Assembly (NCBI RefSeq): GCF_001447785.1
Contig: NW_015163194.1
Coordinates: 62,001-126,000 of the forward strand
From: Gekko japonicus
Lineage: Eukaryota
Direction: 5' to 3'
Length of the DNA stretch: 64,000 nucleotides
The translations under genes and the position numbers were made by a program. The number at the start of each line of letters is the position of its first letter. Within the stretch, counting starts at the first letter, position 1. This document shows, one piece after another, positions 25,560 through 38,932 of this stretch. The notes below the pieces were generated by a model. That model searched no databases and was not told where the DNA came from. It saw only the letters and a list, made by a program, of their open reading frames with translations.

Positions 25560-26012
25560 TCTTCTACCTAAAATACACAAATCAGGCAACCCAGGACGCC
25601 CCATTGTCTCAGGCATAGGCACTATCACGTGGGGATGTCTGGATACATGGACTCAAGCATGGACGGCTTCAAAAGGGAATTAGATAAGCATATGGAGCAG
25701 AGGTCCATCAGTGGCTATTAGCCACAAGGTATAGATAGGGACTCTGGGGCAAGTGATGCTCTGTCTTCTTGGTGCTTGGGGGGGGGGTCAACAGTGGGAG
25801 GGCTTCTAATGTCCTGGCCCCACTGGTGGACCTCCTAATGGCACCTGGTATTTCTGGCCACTGTGTGATACAGTGTGTTGGACTGGATGGGCCTTTGGCC
25901 TGATCCAACATTGGCATCTCTTATGTTCTTATGTTCTTATGACTCTGTTCCAAGACCCTGTGCCGTCAATGCTCCTAGTTATGTTCGTGACACCACAGAC
26001 TTTCTGAGGAAT
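25560..26012 (+). mobile_element. Penelope RT fragment interrupted by a CR1 3' end (25654-25942)
   Basis: LLPKIHKSGNPGRPIVSGIGT before the CR1; SYVRDTTDFLR after it. Confidence 0.8.
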
Positions 26013-26427
26013 GCCATATTTAGTGCTTTACAACTGTTGACCTCATAACCTTAGCTCTTTATTTAGTTTGTCTTTGCACATCTTCGTCATGTTGCATGTT
26101 AATTTGCTGTCCAGTCCCGGTCTATAAATTTGAACCTTACCTACCATTCCAATGTATTTGAAAAAGTGTGCATACACACGAATGAAACTGTTGGTCTTAA
26201 AGGGGCCACTGGAACTCTACATTTGTTCCACTGCTTCAGACCAACACGGATGACCACCTGGACAACCCCAGAGGGCTTCCAAGAAGTGGTTAAGCAGAGG
26301 TGGTTTGCCATTGCTAACTTCTATGAAATTGCCCAGCCCAGTCTGGTATAACTCGCAGAGCATCGGATTAGGATTCTCTGGTCTGAACCCCCATTTTGCC
26401 ATGAATGCTTGTGGGGTGACCTTGAAC

Positions 26428-26484
<57 letters not shown>

Positions 26485-27801
26485 TCTCTGCCTCTCTCTG
26501 ACAGCATAACCTACTTTAGAGAGTTGTTGTAAGGATAAAATGGAGGTGGAGGGAATGGTATTGTAAACTGCTTTGGCTTCCTGCTGGGAAGAACAGGGGG
26601 ATATAAGCGTTTCAGCAAACTGAAGCAAAAGAAAAGCCATCTAAGGTGAAGGCAATTCCCACATCTTGCAGCAGTGAATTCCATAAGGTAACTGTGCCTT
26701 CCCAAAGGCTTTGTGCATACATTGATTTTTCTGTTTGCCCCACACCTGCCACCAGAAAAGCTCATTGGGTTCAACCCCCTGGCTTATTTTTCATCTATCC
26801 TCAAAATGTTTTCAACTGCTGCACCGTGAATACATGTATGATGCTCTTTCTGCTTCTCTGTTTGTGCCTTGTCATCTTCATCTCATGCTTTACCAACGAT
26901 GCCATATCTCTCCCTTATATATAATTGAGTAAGATGCAGGGTCACGCAGCGGAGAGAAAATGCACACCAACAGTGTTTGGAGGCTTGCGCTGTCTGTCAG
27001 AAGCTTCCCCAGCTTCCATTGGCAGTGTTGCCTACGTCCCACCTCAGAACACTCCCCCCTCCCCCCCCCCAAGTAGCCAGGGCTGGAGGGAATCAGTGGA
27101 AGGTTGCCTGTGGCAGCTCATCACCGCTCGAAGCAGCTGGATTCCCCCCCTTTATCGCACACCTGTTTTCCCACCTCCCCCGCTACCCACCTACCCCCGG
27201 CTTCAGAGACCCTTCGGAGTCCTACAGGCTTCCGGGGACAGCAGGCGAGGGGCAGTGGCACTCAGACAACCCCTGCTGCCCTCTTTTTGCCGCTGCACCC
27301 CACCTTCGCCAGCTTTCGAGGGGGCAGGCCAGAGGTGGAGACGGTGAGCCAACCCCCGTTTTCGCCACTCCCCCCCACCTTCACCAGCTTCCGGGGCAGC
27401 AGGCGCGGGGTGGCGGCGGCACTCTGCCAACCCCCGCCACCCCGTTGATTTTCGCTGCTCAACTAACCCACCATGTTCAGCTTTTGCTGCCTTGGAGAAG
27501 CGGCGATGGAAAATACTGCACCCAAGTCTAACAGTATCCATAAATGAGAACGTTTCGATATGGACAATATTATGAAATGAAGATTTGGGGGGAATCAAAA
27601 TCGAGTTAGAAGATGCCTCTTTCACTTTCTCTCTCTCCTGCTTTCTTCTCTGTTTTGCCCTCTCGTCTTCATGGCTCTCTCTTGTTCTTCTGGAACAGCT
27701 AGAATCAAGTCCTTAAGAGAACAACAACATTTTCAGAGTCCGAGCATTTCAGAGTCAAAAACTTCCTTAACTGGATACAATTAAAGGAGCTGTGACTCTC
27801 A

Positions 27802-28085
27802 GACCGAGTTCCCACAGCCACGACTCTGCACTCGCTCTTCTCTTTGCCCCGATGGTACGTGTCAATTTCCCACTCGAAGCCGCTTGGCCACATTTTGACC
27901 CGCGGCTTTGCCTGATTTCGCCCGCGGTTTCGTAATCCTAAAAAAACAGGATCACGAAACTGCGGGGGAAACCAGGTGAAGCCGCGGGTCAAAATGCGGC
28001 TGCATGGCTTCGAGTGGGAAATTGACACGTACCATCGGGGCAAAGAGAGGAGCGAGCGCAGAGCAGCGGCTGTGGGAAATCGGTC
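27802..28085. mobile_element. Fold-back PIF/Harbinger-type MITE
   Basis: Imperfect palindrome over its whole length; 3-bp TSD TCA. Confidence 0.8.
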
Positions 28086-28771
28086 TCAGAAACTCATACC
28101 TCAAAAACCTTGTTTGTATATCTAAGGTGCTACTGAACTCTAGCTGTTCCACTTGGAGACCAAGCCCTAAGAGGAAAAGCAGAGGGACTTGGTAATGTTC
28201 AGTCTGGACAAGAGGAGGTTGAGGGGGGACATGGCGGCTCTCTTAAAGTATTTGAGGGGCTGTCACTTAGAGGAGGGCAAAGAGCTTGGCAACTGGATTT
28301 TACGGTGTGTAATGGCAAAAACCCACCTGCCAAGGGTCGCTAAAGTGGATTGAAATGGCATTACTGAGCATGTGTGAAAGTGCCCATATGATTCTATGAT
28401 TCTATTGCAAATCAACATGGCTGTCCCCTGAAATGATCTTGTTTTCCTGTTACTGGATGGATGAGCAAGTCTAGATGAGTAAATGGATGAATAGCTCAGA
28501 GTCACTATTCCCACTGTTATTTTATTTATAAATGTATTTATAAATTTTATTTTTATTTGATTTATATCCCACCCTCCCTGCAAGCAGGCTCAGGGCGGGT
28601 TACACAAGTCAACTCAGCAAACGTAGTCACTGTAATATACAATAAAATGACGTGATATACAATAATCTGACGGCAAAGAGAGTTCCTGATCTCCTCTTTC
28701 GCACCGTTCCTCTCTTCTTTCTCTCAGCCTTCCTTTCCCATCCAGGTGCCCCCTGCTCAGATCTCCAAAGG

Positions 28772-29767
28772 ATGGAGAATGGCAGTCGAGGGACCGAACT
28801 TGTGGTGGCAGAGTCACCTCCCAACCACCCTGAAGGCGTGAGAAACAGCAGCGAAGTGACAGAGTTCATCCTGACAGGACTGTCCCATCAGCGTGGAGTC
28901 CAGCTCTTCCTCTTTGTCCTATTCCTCACTTTCTACCTAATCGTCCTGCCCAGCAATGTCCTAATCATTGTCACCATCCGAGGTGACCCCCATCTCAGCT
29001 CACCCATGTACTTCCTGTTGGCCAACCTTGCTTTCTTGGACATCTGGTACTCCTCTATCACTGCTCCCAAGATGCTGGTTGACTTCTTTGCTGAACGCAA
29101 GCTCATTTCCTTCTGGGGATGCATCGCTCAGCTCTTCTTCCTCCATTTTGTGGGTGCTGCCGAGATGTTCCTGCTCACCGCCATGGCTTATGATCGCTAT
29201 GCCGCCATATGCCGACCCCTGCACTATACGAACATGATGAGCCGTCGTCTGTGTATCGTTCTGGTACTGTTTTCTTGGTTGGGGGGCTTCGTCCACTCCA
29301 CCATCCAAGTCGTGTTGATTGTTCGCCTCCCATTCTGTGGGCCTAATGAGCTGGACAACTACTTCTGTGACATCACCCAAGTGTTGAGGATCACCTGTGC
29401 CAACACTTTTGCTGAGGAGATGGTGATGATCTTTAGCAGTGGCCTCATTTCTGTGGTCTGCTTTGTGGCCCTCTTGGTTTCTTATGCCTTTTTGCTCTCT
29501 GTGCTGAAGAAGAACTCTGGCGAATCAGCCAGCAAGGCTTTGTCCACTTGCTATTCTCACATCACCATTGTCATTTTCATGTTTGGCCCCGCCATCTACA
29601 TCTATGCCCGGCCCTTCGACGAATATGCCCCTGACAAGATAGTCTCTGTCTTCCACACAATCATCTTTCCCCTCCTGAACCCTATTATTTACACTCTCAG
29701 GAACAAGGAGATCACCACTGCCATGAAGAAGGTGGTCCGTAGATGCTTCCTCTGTAAGAAAAAGTGA
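28772..29767 (+). CDS. Olfactory receptor, family 4, OR4M-like (331 aa from first ATG)
   Basis: SPMYFLLANLAFLDIWYSSITAPKML, MAYDRYAAICRPLHY, SSGLISVVCF, STCYSHITIV and FPLLNPIIYTLRN closely match recalled OR4M1. Acceptor ...ttcctttcccatccag ends at 28745; ATG at 28772. Confidence 0.93.
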   Translation: MENGSRGTELVVAESPPNHPEGVRNSSEVTEFILTGLSHQRGVQLFLFVLFLTFYLIVLPSNVLIIVTIRGDPHLSSPMYFLLANLAFLDIWYSSITAPKMLVDFFAERKLISFWGCIAQLFFLHFVGAAEMFLLTAMAYDRYAAICRPLHYTNMMSRRLCIVLVLFSWLGGFVHSTIQVVLIVRLPFCGPNELDNYFCDITQVLRITCANTFAEEMVMIFSSGLISVVCFVALLVSYAFLLSVLKKNSGESASKALSTCYSHITIVIFMFGPAIYIYARPFDEYAPDKIVSVFHTIIFPLLNPIIYTLRNKEITTAMKKVVRRCFLCKKK

Positions 29768-30411
29768 GGATGAAGGAATGACGGCCATCTTGGGTTCTTC
29801 AGTGTATGACCAAATTGGCAGTGACGTCCAATGGCCAAGAGTTAAGAAACACAATTGGTTTTGGTGACATAATGTCACTAGGAGATATTGTTCCTCCATA
29901 ATTCTTCAATAGTTACCTGTTCTTATCCATGCTGTGAAACTGAGATCCAACTATTTTGGGTGTGGTACTCAGTTTGTATTGGTTCAATTATCTATGGCAG
30001 CATTTTGACTGCATCAGCTGGATGCCCATTTGTAAAAATAGGTGATGACAAAAGAATTATGAAGAAATGTCAATTTTCTGTGGGTTTTTTCATGATAAAA
30101 GAGCTTATATAAACCCATACTTACTTCTTGTGTACTCTGTCACACTCTTAGTTTCTTTCATGGTAAGATAAAGGGCTTGTAATGAAGAAATCATGGAGAT
30201 ATCCTTCACTAATAACCATATTTATTTATTACTTCCTTTGTAGAATTCAAGGGCATCTAAATAAGATTTCCAGATGATCTCTCATCCAGGGACTGATTAA
30301 ATCCAGATCTGATTATCTTCAGCAGAGTTGCTGTATCATGTGCCTTCCAACCATATCTTGCAATTGAAATGTGAAAATATTAAATATATGTAAATATAAA
30401 GTCAATATGAA

Positions 30412-30923
30412 GATTAGGGAAGATCTAGTCTCACTAAACTTTTAGAGTTCTTTGAGGGGGGTGAATAAACATGTGGTCAAGGGTGACCCAGTAGATGTTG
30501 TTTACCTAGACTTCCAGAAAGCTTTTGATAAAGTTCCTCATCAAAGGCTCCAGTCCTATGTAAACTCAGCAGTCATGGGATAAGAGGACAAGTCATCTTG
30601 TGGATTAAAAACTGGTTAACTAACAGGAAACACAGAGTGAGTATAAATGGGCAGTTTTCACAGTGGAAGGTGGTAAGCAGTGGGGTACTGCAGGAATCGG
30701 TTGTAGGTCTGTGCTTTTTAATGTTCATTAATAATTTAGAGTTGGGAGTAAGGAGTGAAGTGGCTAAGTTTGTGAATGACATTAATTTGTTCAAGGTGGT
30801 GAGAACCAGGGAGAGCTGTGAGGCACTCAAAAGGGACCTGTCGAGGCTGGATAAGTGGGTGTCAATGTGGCAAATGAGGTTCAGTGAGGGCAAGTGCAAA
30901 GCAATGCACATTGGAGCCAAAAA
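30412..30923 (+). mobile_element. CR1 LINE RT-domain fragment
   Basis: YLDFQKAFDKVPH, WIKNWLTNRK.RV.ING; frameshifted. Confidence 0.85.
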
Positions 30924-30934
30924 TCCTCTCTCTT

Positions 30935-31442
30935 TATTTATTTTATTTATAAATTCAATTTATACCCCGCCCTCCCCACTACGCGGGCTCAGGGCAGCTT
31001 ACAAGGAGGCATAAGCCAATATAAAACATATTTAAAACCATTTAAAATCACTACAGTACAGTAACATTATTATTAACAAAAGTGCTCTGGATGTTCTAAC
31101 ATGATATTCCACAAGATGGCGGATTACAACTGCTCTATTACAACTGCTCTACCTACTCAGGGTCCTCTGTTCTGGAAAATGCTGATGTTCCTTCTTCCAG
31201 GGCCAGGTTATGATGGAACAGTAGTGATGGTAGTGGCGGCTCCTACTCATACGCCTGGCGGAAGAGCTCCGTCTTACAGGCCCTGCGGAACTGTGCAAGG
31301 TCCCGCAGGGCCCGGATCTCCTCCGGGAGCTTGTTCCACCAGGTAGGAGCCGCCACCGAGAAAGCCCTGGCCCTGGTAGTGGCCAGCCTGGCCTCTTTGG
31401 GACCTGGCATTGCCAGGAGGTGTTTCGTCCCAGACCGTAGTG
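30935..31442 (-). mobile_element. L2-like LINE 3' fragment
   Basis: Tail and 3'UTR resemble 61285-61800. Confidence 0.55.
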
Positions 31443-32516
31443 NNNNNNNNNNNNNNNNNNNNNNNNNNNNNNNNNNNNNNNNNNNNNNNNNNNNNNNNNN
31501 NNNNNNNNNNNNNNNNNNNNNNNNNNNNNNNNNNNNNNNNNNNNNNNNNNNNNNNNNNNNNNNNNNNNNNNNNNNNNNNNNNNNNNNNNNNNNNNNNNNN
31601 NNNNNNNNNNNNNNNNNNNNNNNNNNNTAGATGGGCCACTGGCCTGATCCAACATGGCTTCTCTTATGTTCTTAAGACATATATGTAAGGTAATACCTGT
31701 CATATTTTTATAGCCTCAGCTTTGGTATGGTGTAAATGTTCAGTAGTATGAAGTCCAAACTCTTTATGTTTTTTCAATGTCCAAAAATAAAACCTGAATC
31801 AAATTGTCCAGGGCTTGTTGAAGTATTATGGAAATCTCTTCTTGCCTGTCAGCAACCAACCTCAGAAAAACTGCCCCTTCCAGTTGTTTACCGCAGAATG
31901 GAGAAGAACAGAATTAACCAGGTGGACAGAATTTTGGCTGGTCCGAACAATATTTATTTCTGAATTAAAGGCATTCACCAAAAAAAGGACTGCATGTATT
32001 GAATGTGTGAGAGAATAATTGGGGAGGAAAAGCTCACGAGAACAAACATCGAGCTCAGGAAACAACATTTCTTATCAAACCAGAGCCAGAGGTTGCATTT
32101 GGGTGGGAGAATTAAAGATGGCGGCGAAGGAGGTTATACGTGCTCACCCTCCTTCCTGAGTTTGTAGAACAAGCCAGCCTGCAACGGGAATAACAAAAAA
32201 AAACCGAGGTGATGTGGGAGATCCTCACTAGAGACCCTGGATGAGGTCAGGCTAGCCTGGGCTCTCCAGGTCAAATTCATGACCATGATTACACATATGT
32301 AGTGTCTTTTTTTACCATTTTTATCAGTTTTTTAAAACGAAAAAGAAAATATTCGTTACATTCCGAATGTTTGCATCTTTTACATATTTGCGTCTACATT
32401 TTCCACGTTTATCCGTTGATATCAATTAGCCCGTCTTCCCCAAAAAACACTGTCATCTTTTCCTTGTAAAGTCAAACTTAGTTTCTCCATCTCTGATATC
32501 GCAAATATTTTATTGA

Positions 32517-32517
<1 letters not shown>

Positions 32518-32547
<30 letters not shown>

Positions 32548-32816
32548 AAGAAGAAGAAGAAGAAGAAGAAGAAGAAGAAGAGATTGGATATATACCCCGC
32601 CCTTCACTTGGAGTCTCAGAGCGGCTTACAAACTCCTTCCCCTTCCCCTCCCCACAACAGACACCCTGTGAGGTGGGTGGGGCTGAGAGAACTCTGACAC
32701 AAACTGCTCTTTTTCAAGGACAGCTGTGCCAGAGCTTGTGACTGACCCAAGGTCACATCAGCAGGTGCAAGTGGAGGAGTGGGGAATCAAACCCGGTTCT
32801 CCCAGATTAGAGTCCG
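32518..32816 (-). mobile_element. Squam3-like SINE with long (AAG)n tail
   Basis: Reverse copy. Confidence 0.85.
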
Positions 32817-32834
32817 CTAATCTCCCAGATTAGT

Positions 32835-33190
32835 GGGAAATTCACTTTGTTTCCAATATTTGGCTAACACTATCCTGGCAGATGTTAGACTATAGATTGT
32901 CAGATATTTGTCATTTAGTTTAAGACCTTCCGATAGCATATTTAATAAGACTGTTTCTGGGGTCAGTTCCACCTTCAAATTTAATATTTCAGATATTATT
33001 TTCTGTAGCATTTTCCAATATTCCTGTACTCTGCTACATCGCCACCACATATGAAAGTATGTTCCAACATTTGATTTACATTTTCAACAGTCCTTATAGA
33101 AGGGTTACATTTCGCTATTCTATCTGGCGACCAATACCAACGGTGGAAAACCTTATAGATATTTTCTTTGTAACTTGTAGCTCTCATGTA
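32835..33190 (-). mobile_element. L1/Tx1 ORF2 C-terminal (zinc-knuckle) remnant
   Basis: KENIYKVFHRWYWSP...HMWWRC...YW...ARIVLAKYWK. Confidence 0.75.
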
Positions 33191-34137
33191 TGATCACACA
33201 TATGTTAAATAATGGGGAGACTGAGCCACTTGCTCTGAGCCTATGCAGATTTCCTTTTGCTCACCACTGAGGAGTGCCACAAATCTTGAAATAAGGCTAT
33301 GGGGACTCTAGACTTGCAGCTCTACTTGTACCTCAGCTCCTTTTGTTTTTAAAATTAAGCTACTAGGAAATAGGGGGCTGAATTCAGGACAACCCAGAGG
33401 TGGGCCCTAGGGCAACACAACCCCAGGGTCCATGGACACCTCAGGTGTCCCCAGAGTTGGGCAAGGCATGTGTTTTTTTGAATCTGTTTTGGATTGGATT
33501 TGGCTGGTGTGAGGCGTGGGGCCTTTGTGTGGAAGACCATCGTGATGGGTGTGTCAACTGCCCTGGCTGAACCCATACCCTTCATTCTTTCTTAACAGGT
33601 GGTCAATGCCCTCCTTAGGATTGTGAGCCCCCCACCCTCTCAATTCTGTTCAGACCTTGCTTGAATTTTTGTCAAAAGGCATGAAGCAAGTAACTGTGAC
33701 AAATCATCCCGCCCTTTCTTGTTCACCCTTTCCAGTTCTACAGGAAAACATAACTGTAGTTCTTTCAGGGGAAGAGGGTGCTTTGATTAAGTTTTGAAAC
33801 TTAGTTCTCTGAGTGTTCTGTCTTTACAACCTGGGTGACGTCAAAGCAACAACTGTGGAGGGGGGGGGAAATAACTCCCTCTGGGCCACCAAGTTTTCTA
33901 TCCCCTTGATGCCATCAGCTCCGGTTTGCCTTATCAACATCCAGAGCAGCTCTCACTTGCCTGCTTGATTTTATTTTGGGAGTCCAAGTCCTGGACACCA
34001 GAATACTTCTGGCTTCACAATGTGATCGGATGGGGAGTCATTCGTGGAGGCAACGTCAGACCCAATGAGTGAGTAGAGCAAGAGAGATGGTTAGACCTTA
34101 AACTGCCTAATGCAAAACCACTTGTAAGAATTTGAAC

Positions 34138-34683
34138 TAGGGATGGGCACAAACCTGAAAATTCTGGTTTGGTTCATTTGGGGTAAATTCCTGAACTGAA
34201 CCAAGCCAAAAAATGGCCAGGAGAAGGAGGGGGGATCACCTGGGGAGGGTTAAATGGCTGGCAAGGGTTAAATGGCTGTTTGTCTAGTACAGAGAGTTTC
34301 AGTGGTCATGCTAAATTTCAGATGGTCAAAGTGGGAGGGGAGTGAAACTGATGGGTTTAATGGCTTGTAGCCATTTAAGCCTAACATCTGATGAGCAAAC
34401 TCAACACACTGTTAGGTTTTAATGGGTGACAGTGACTTCAGCAGTTTGTTTCTCCCCCCCCCCGAAGCAGGGGGAAGCAAAACTGACTGGTGAAATGGCT
34501 CACAGCCATTTAAACCTAACTGTCTGAGCTGTGGACATGTGGCCCAAACAGCCTAACCTAACTGGACAAAAATCCAGTAAAATTTTGGGGAAGGCATCTT
34601 CCCCAATCATCGGTTCAGGGGCTCCAAACCGGGCCACGTTCGTGCCGAAGCTTGGCTCATAAACCGGTTTGTGCCCATCCCTA
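34138..34683. mobile_element. hAT-type MITE (TAGGGATGGGCACAAACC TIR)
   Basis: 18-bp perfect TIR; TSD at(t/c)tgaac. Confidence 0.85.
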
Positions 34684-36150
34684 ATCTGAACTTGTATCCT
34701 CATTCAATAGTGTTTATTGATGTTAATTTTTCGTCAATAGTGATGTATTGGGTGGGGGGGAGGTGAGGAAAAAATAGGCTGTGAAGGGGCTCCTCCACAG
34801 TTTTGTGAATCATCTAGTGATTCCTTTTAAAGTCAACTAGATTTGAATCCAGTAGTACCTTAGAGATCAATGAGATTTTGGGGATGTAAGCTTCTGAGAG
34901 TCAAAGCTCCCTTCGACTTGTGTCTGACAAAGGGAGATTTCATTCTCAAAGGTTTATACTCCGAAAAACGTCTTGGTCTCTGAGGTGCTACTGGACTCAA
35001 GTCTAGCTGTTCTTTAACAGACCGACATGGCTACCCCCTAAAACTTTCAAAATCAGAAGAATGAAAAACTGTTAGCTAAAAACAAAACAAAAAATCCATC
35101 TGGCGGGCTTCTGTTTCCATCAGTGGCTAAGCAGATAGTGCTAAGAAGAACACAAAAATGAAGGCCCAGCCCGTTGTTTGTCCCCAGCATTCTGAAGCAC
35201 ATTGCTCCTGAACATGGAGGTTCGATTTAGAATTATAGCTGACCGAGTAGGTACTTATCCTGCAAAAATGAATTCCTTTCTCTCTCTCCTGGATGTTTTC
35301 AGTGCACTGCATACAATTTATCAGATTGTGTATGCAATTGCACACATTCATCTTCTTCTAATATTTTTTTAAAAATCCTTGATGTGAGAACACAGTGTGG
35401 TTTAGTGGCTTGAGTGCTGGGCACAAATCCCCACTTAGCCCCGGAGCTCACTAGGTGTCCCTGAGCCAGTCACCTTCTCTCTGCCTGAGCTAGCTTACAG
35501 GGCTATGGTGAGGGCAAAATGAAAAGAAATGCCTGACACGCTCTCTTTGTTAGACAAACCATCAGATAACAAAGTAGAGCTAGGAAATCAAATGGGGCTG
35601 GAATGTTAGTGCAAGATCCAGGCTGGATAAGGATGGCTGTTCTTTCAGGAAACTGGAGGCAGTTCGGACTAAGCAATTGTTACCTGTGGTCTGTGTATTG
35701 GTCTGCCAACAACCTGGAGAGAGAAAAATGTTCTGCCCCTTTAACAGAAGCTTAACATGTGGAAACAGCCAGTTGAAACTTGTCAGAGCAGAGAGGTGAA
35801 TAAATCACTCAGGTTCAGCAATTTCACATTGTAATCTCCCCTTGAAGCTTCTCTGATTAAGGACTGCCACTCTTAGGTCAGCAGTGAAATGTCCTGGAAG
35901 TTTAAATTGTCCTCCCACTGGCCTTTGAATGTTGTAGATTTTAATGCCAGATTTATACCCATTTATTCTTTTGCATAAGGACCGACTGGTTTGCTCAGTG
36001 CAGAGAGTTTCAGATGGTCATGCTAAATTTCAGATGGTCATTCTTGAAGTTAATGTGATGACTGGTACACAGATATAAAAGCAAAGGGTTCTGNNNNNNN
36101 NNNNNNNNNNNNNNNNNNNNNNNNNNNNNNNNNNNNNNNNNNNNNNNNNN

Positions 36151-36635
36151 ACGGCTGAGGGGTGACATGATCGAGGTTTATAAGATTATGCATGGGATAG
36201 AGCAGGTTGAGAAAGAAGTACTTTTCTCCCTTTCTCACAATACAAGAACTCGTGGGCACTCAATGAAATTGCTGAGCAGTCGGGTTTGAACGGATAAAAG
36301 GAAGTACTTCTTCACCCAAAGAGTGATTAACACATGGAATTCACTGCCACAGGAAGTAGTGGCAGCTACAAGCATGGACGGCTTCAAGAGGGAATTGGAT
36401 AAACATATGGAGCAGAGGTCCATCAGTGACTCTTAGCCACAAGGTATAGATAGGAACTCTCAGTCTGAGACAAGTGATCCTCTGTATTCTTGGTGCTTGG
36501 GGGAGGGCTTCTAATGTCCTGGCCCCACTGCTGGACCTCCTGGTGGCACTTGATATTTTTGGCCATCGTGTGGCAGAGTGTTGGACTGGATGGGCCATTG
36601 GCCTGATCCAACATTGTCTTCTCTTATGTTCTTAT
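36151..36635 (+). mobile_element. CR1 LINE 3' end
   Basis: ORF2 C-terminus, 3'UTR and GTTCTTAT tail. Confidence 0.88.
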
Positions 36636-36659
36636 GAAATGTGGAATTATGGTTTTATG

Positions 36660-36828
36660 CAGGGCTTTTTCCCCTGGGGGAACATGCTGAAATGGAGTTC
36701 CAGAACCTCTTTGACAAAATTCTTTTTTAAAATGCTTAAAAGCTCATGAGTTTTCAGTATACAGATTGAAAACTTCATTTCTGTCTTGAGAGTTCCAGCA
36801 TCCCTTTCTTTTTTTAAATACAGCCCTG
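36660..36828. mobile_element. Short hAT-type MITE (CAGGGCT TIR)
   Basis: TSD (g/t)ttttatg. Confidence 0.7.
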
Positions 36829-37394
36829 TTTTTATGCATTGCCCACTAAAAGTTCACAGCCGCCACATTCATTTAGGTACTTCACACAGATAACAATGGA
36901 TGGCTCCCACATAGAAAACATGAGCATTGACCAGCTGGTACATATATTGTGGCTGACATCGCCTGCTTATGTGCATTATCCAGGGTCCCTTACAGGCTCT
37001 ACCTGCTGACTGAGCAATGTGCAAAATCGGTTGTTGACGCTGCCTGTCTGTGAACATTCTTCTCACTCTTATGTGCTTAGCCATGTTGGGCTGAATTCAC
37101 TTGAACTGCAGCATAGATACATGCATCTGTGTCTTAGTGGGATCCATCCATCCATCCATCCGTCTGTCTGTCCGTCCGTCTGTCTCTCTGTCTAATTTCT
37201 CCCCTTTCTATTTTCACTTGTTTTCTTGTTTCGCCATCTTCCATTCCCTCTCCAAATGTTTGGGATTCTCTCCATTCTCAATATGCCTTCTATCTTGTGT
37301 CTTAGACTTCATAGTAGAGAACTATGACTGCAGTTCTTTGACACCTACCTGGGAGTAAGATCGACTGAATAAATTCGGACTCAGTGCTGAGCAA

Positions 37395-37762
37395 GGCTCC
37401 GGTCACACAGGCCGGATATCGCGGGGGGGGGGAGGCGTGGCTAATTGCCCCGGCGCAGTTTGATCCGCAATTACGCAATCAGATGCGCCGGCGGCACACC
37501 ACGGGTCCTTCCCTCAGTGCGGCGGGTAAACGAGGGACCGGAGGGGAATGCCGCACGCCGGTGCGATCACACCACAGGCGTCTGGAGGCAGCCCGTGGCA
37601 AACGTTTACTAGTACCTTGGAGGTACTAGTTTTTAAACGCGCGTTGTCGGCGGTAAGCCACGGGTGCACTCCACTTCCCAGATGTTGGGGTGTGATCGTG
37701 CCCAGATAATCCGCCCACCATCCGTGCCTCTCCAACGGCAACTTTGCCATGTGACCGGGGCC
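37395..37762. mobile_element. PIF/Harbinger-type MITE
   Basis: TIR GG(C/T)CCGGTCACA-type, TSD CAA, CpG-rich. Confidence 0.75.
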
Positions 37763-38299
37763 CAAATCTACTTTCCCAGGACAGGGAGAGTATGTATTAC
37801 TATCACGTTTTTTTTAAAAAAATCTTGCTTTCACTCTGAAATGCTCAGGGCATCATATGTGGCTCTCTTGGTGTTAGGGTTGCCAGCTCAGGGTTGGGGA
37901 ATTCCTGGAGATTTGGGAGAGAAGGTTTTGGAGGGTGAGGTTTGGGGAGGGGAGGAACCTCAGTGGGTTATAATTCCATAGAGTCTGCCCCCAAACCGGA
38001 CATTTCCTCCAAGAGATCAGCGGTAATTCAGGGAGTTCGCCAGGCTCCATGTGGAGGTTGGCAACCCAACATCCCTCTGAGGCAGGTTAGTCTGAGAGTG
38101 ACTGACCCCAAGTTACCCACTGAGCTTCATGACCAGGTTAGGTTTTGAACCTGTATTTCCCCAGTCCTAGCCCCAAACTGGAACCATTGCACTACCCGGG
38201 TACTTACAATCGACTAGCTCTACACAATCCTGTATTTGGCTCAAGTACAGTAAATGATACTAAAGTCTAAAGTATACTAAATCCTGTGTACAGTTTGGT

Positions 38300-38760
38300 G
38301 CCGGTTTGGTGCAGTGGTTAGGAGTGCAGACTAATCTGGGAGAACCAGGTTCGATTTCCCATGCCTCCACATGCAGCTGCTGGTGTGACCTTGGGTCAGT
38401 CACAAGTTCTCTCAGAGCTGTTCTCTCAAGGGCAGTTCTCGAAAGAGCTCTCTCAGCCCCACCTACCTCACAGGGTGTTTGTTGTGGGAAGGGGAAGGGA
38501 AAAGATTGCTCCTCCTCCTCCTCCTCTTGTTTGGTGTAGTGGTTAAGTGCACAGACTCTAATCTGGGACAACCGAGTTTGATTCCCCTCTCCTCCACTTG
38601 CACCTGCTGGATGACCTTGGGCAAGCCATAGTTCTGGCACAGCTGTTCTTGAAAAAGAGTAGTTTCTGTCAAGAGCTCTCTCAGCCCCCCCTGCCTCACA
38701 GGGTGTCTGTTGTGGGGAGGGGAAGGGAAAAGATTGCTCCTCCTCCTCCTCTCCTTCTTC
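38300..38760 (+). mobile_element. Two head-to-tail Squam3-like SINEs
   Basis: Copies at 38300-38527 and 38529-38760, just upstream of the OR4Q2-like exon. Confidence 0.85.
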
Positions 38761-38932
38761 AAAAAAAAACCTCATCTGGACAGCCTATTCTGGCAGAAAA
38801 AGGGTTCACATATTTGCCTCTCTGGGAAAGGAATTTATTCGAAATAACTACCTTTCCTTGGAAAGAAAAGAGAATATTGGATACCATTACATTTCTTCGA
38901 CTGTATCTTTTTGTTTCACACCTGCAGGCAAA

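Noticed and set aside
26925-27625. GC-rich overlapping ORFs of 114-184 aa
   Set aside because: Low-complexity internally repetitive sequence with no recognisable domain; likely repeat-derived.
29000-29380. Antisense and alternative-frame ORFs overlapping OR genes
   Set aside because: Expected shadows of OR codon usage; no independent features.
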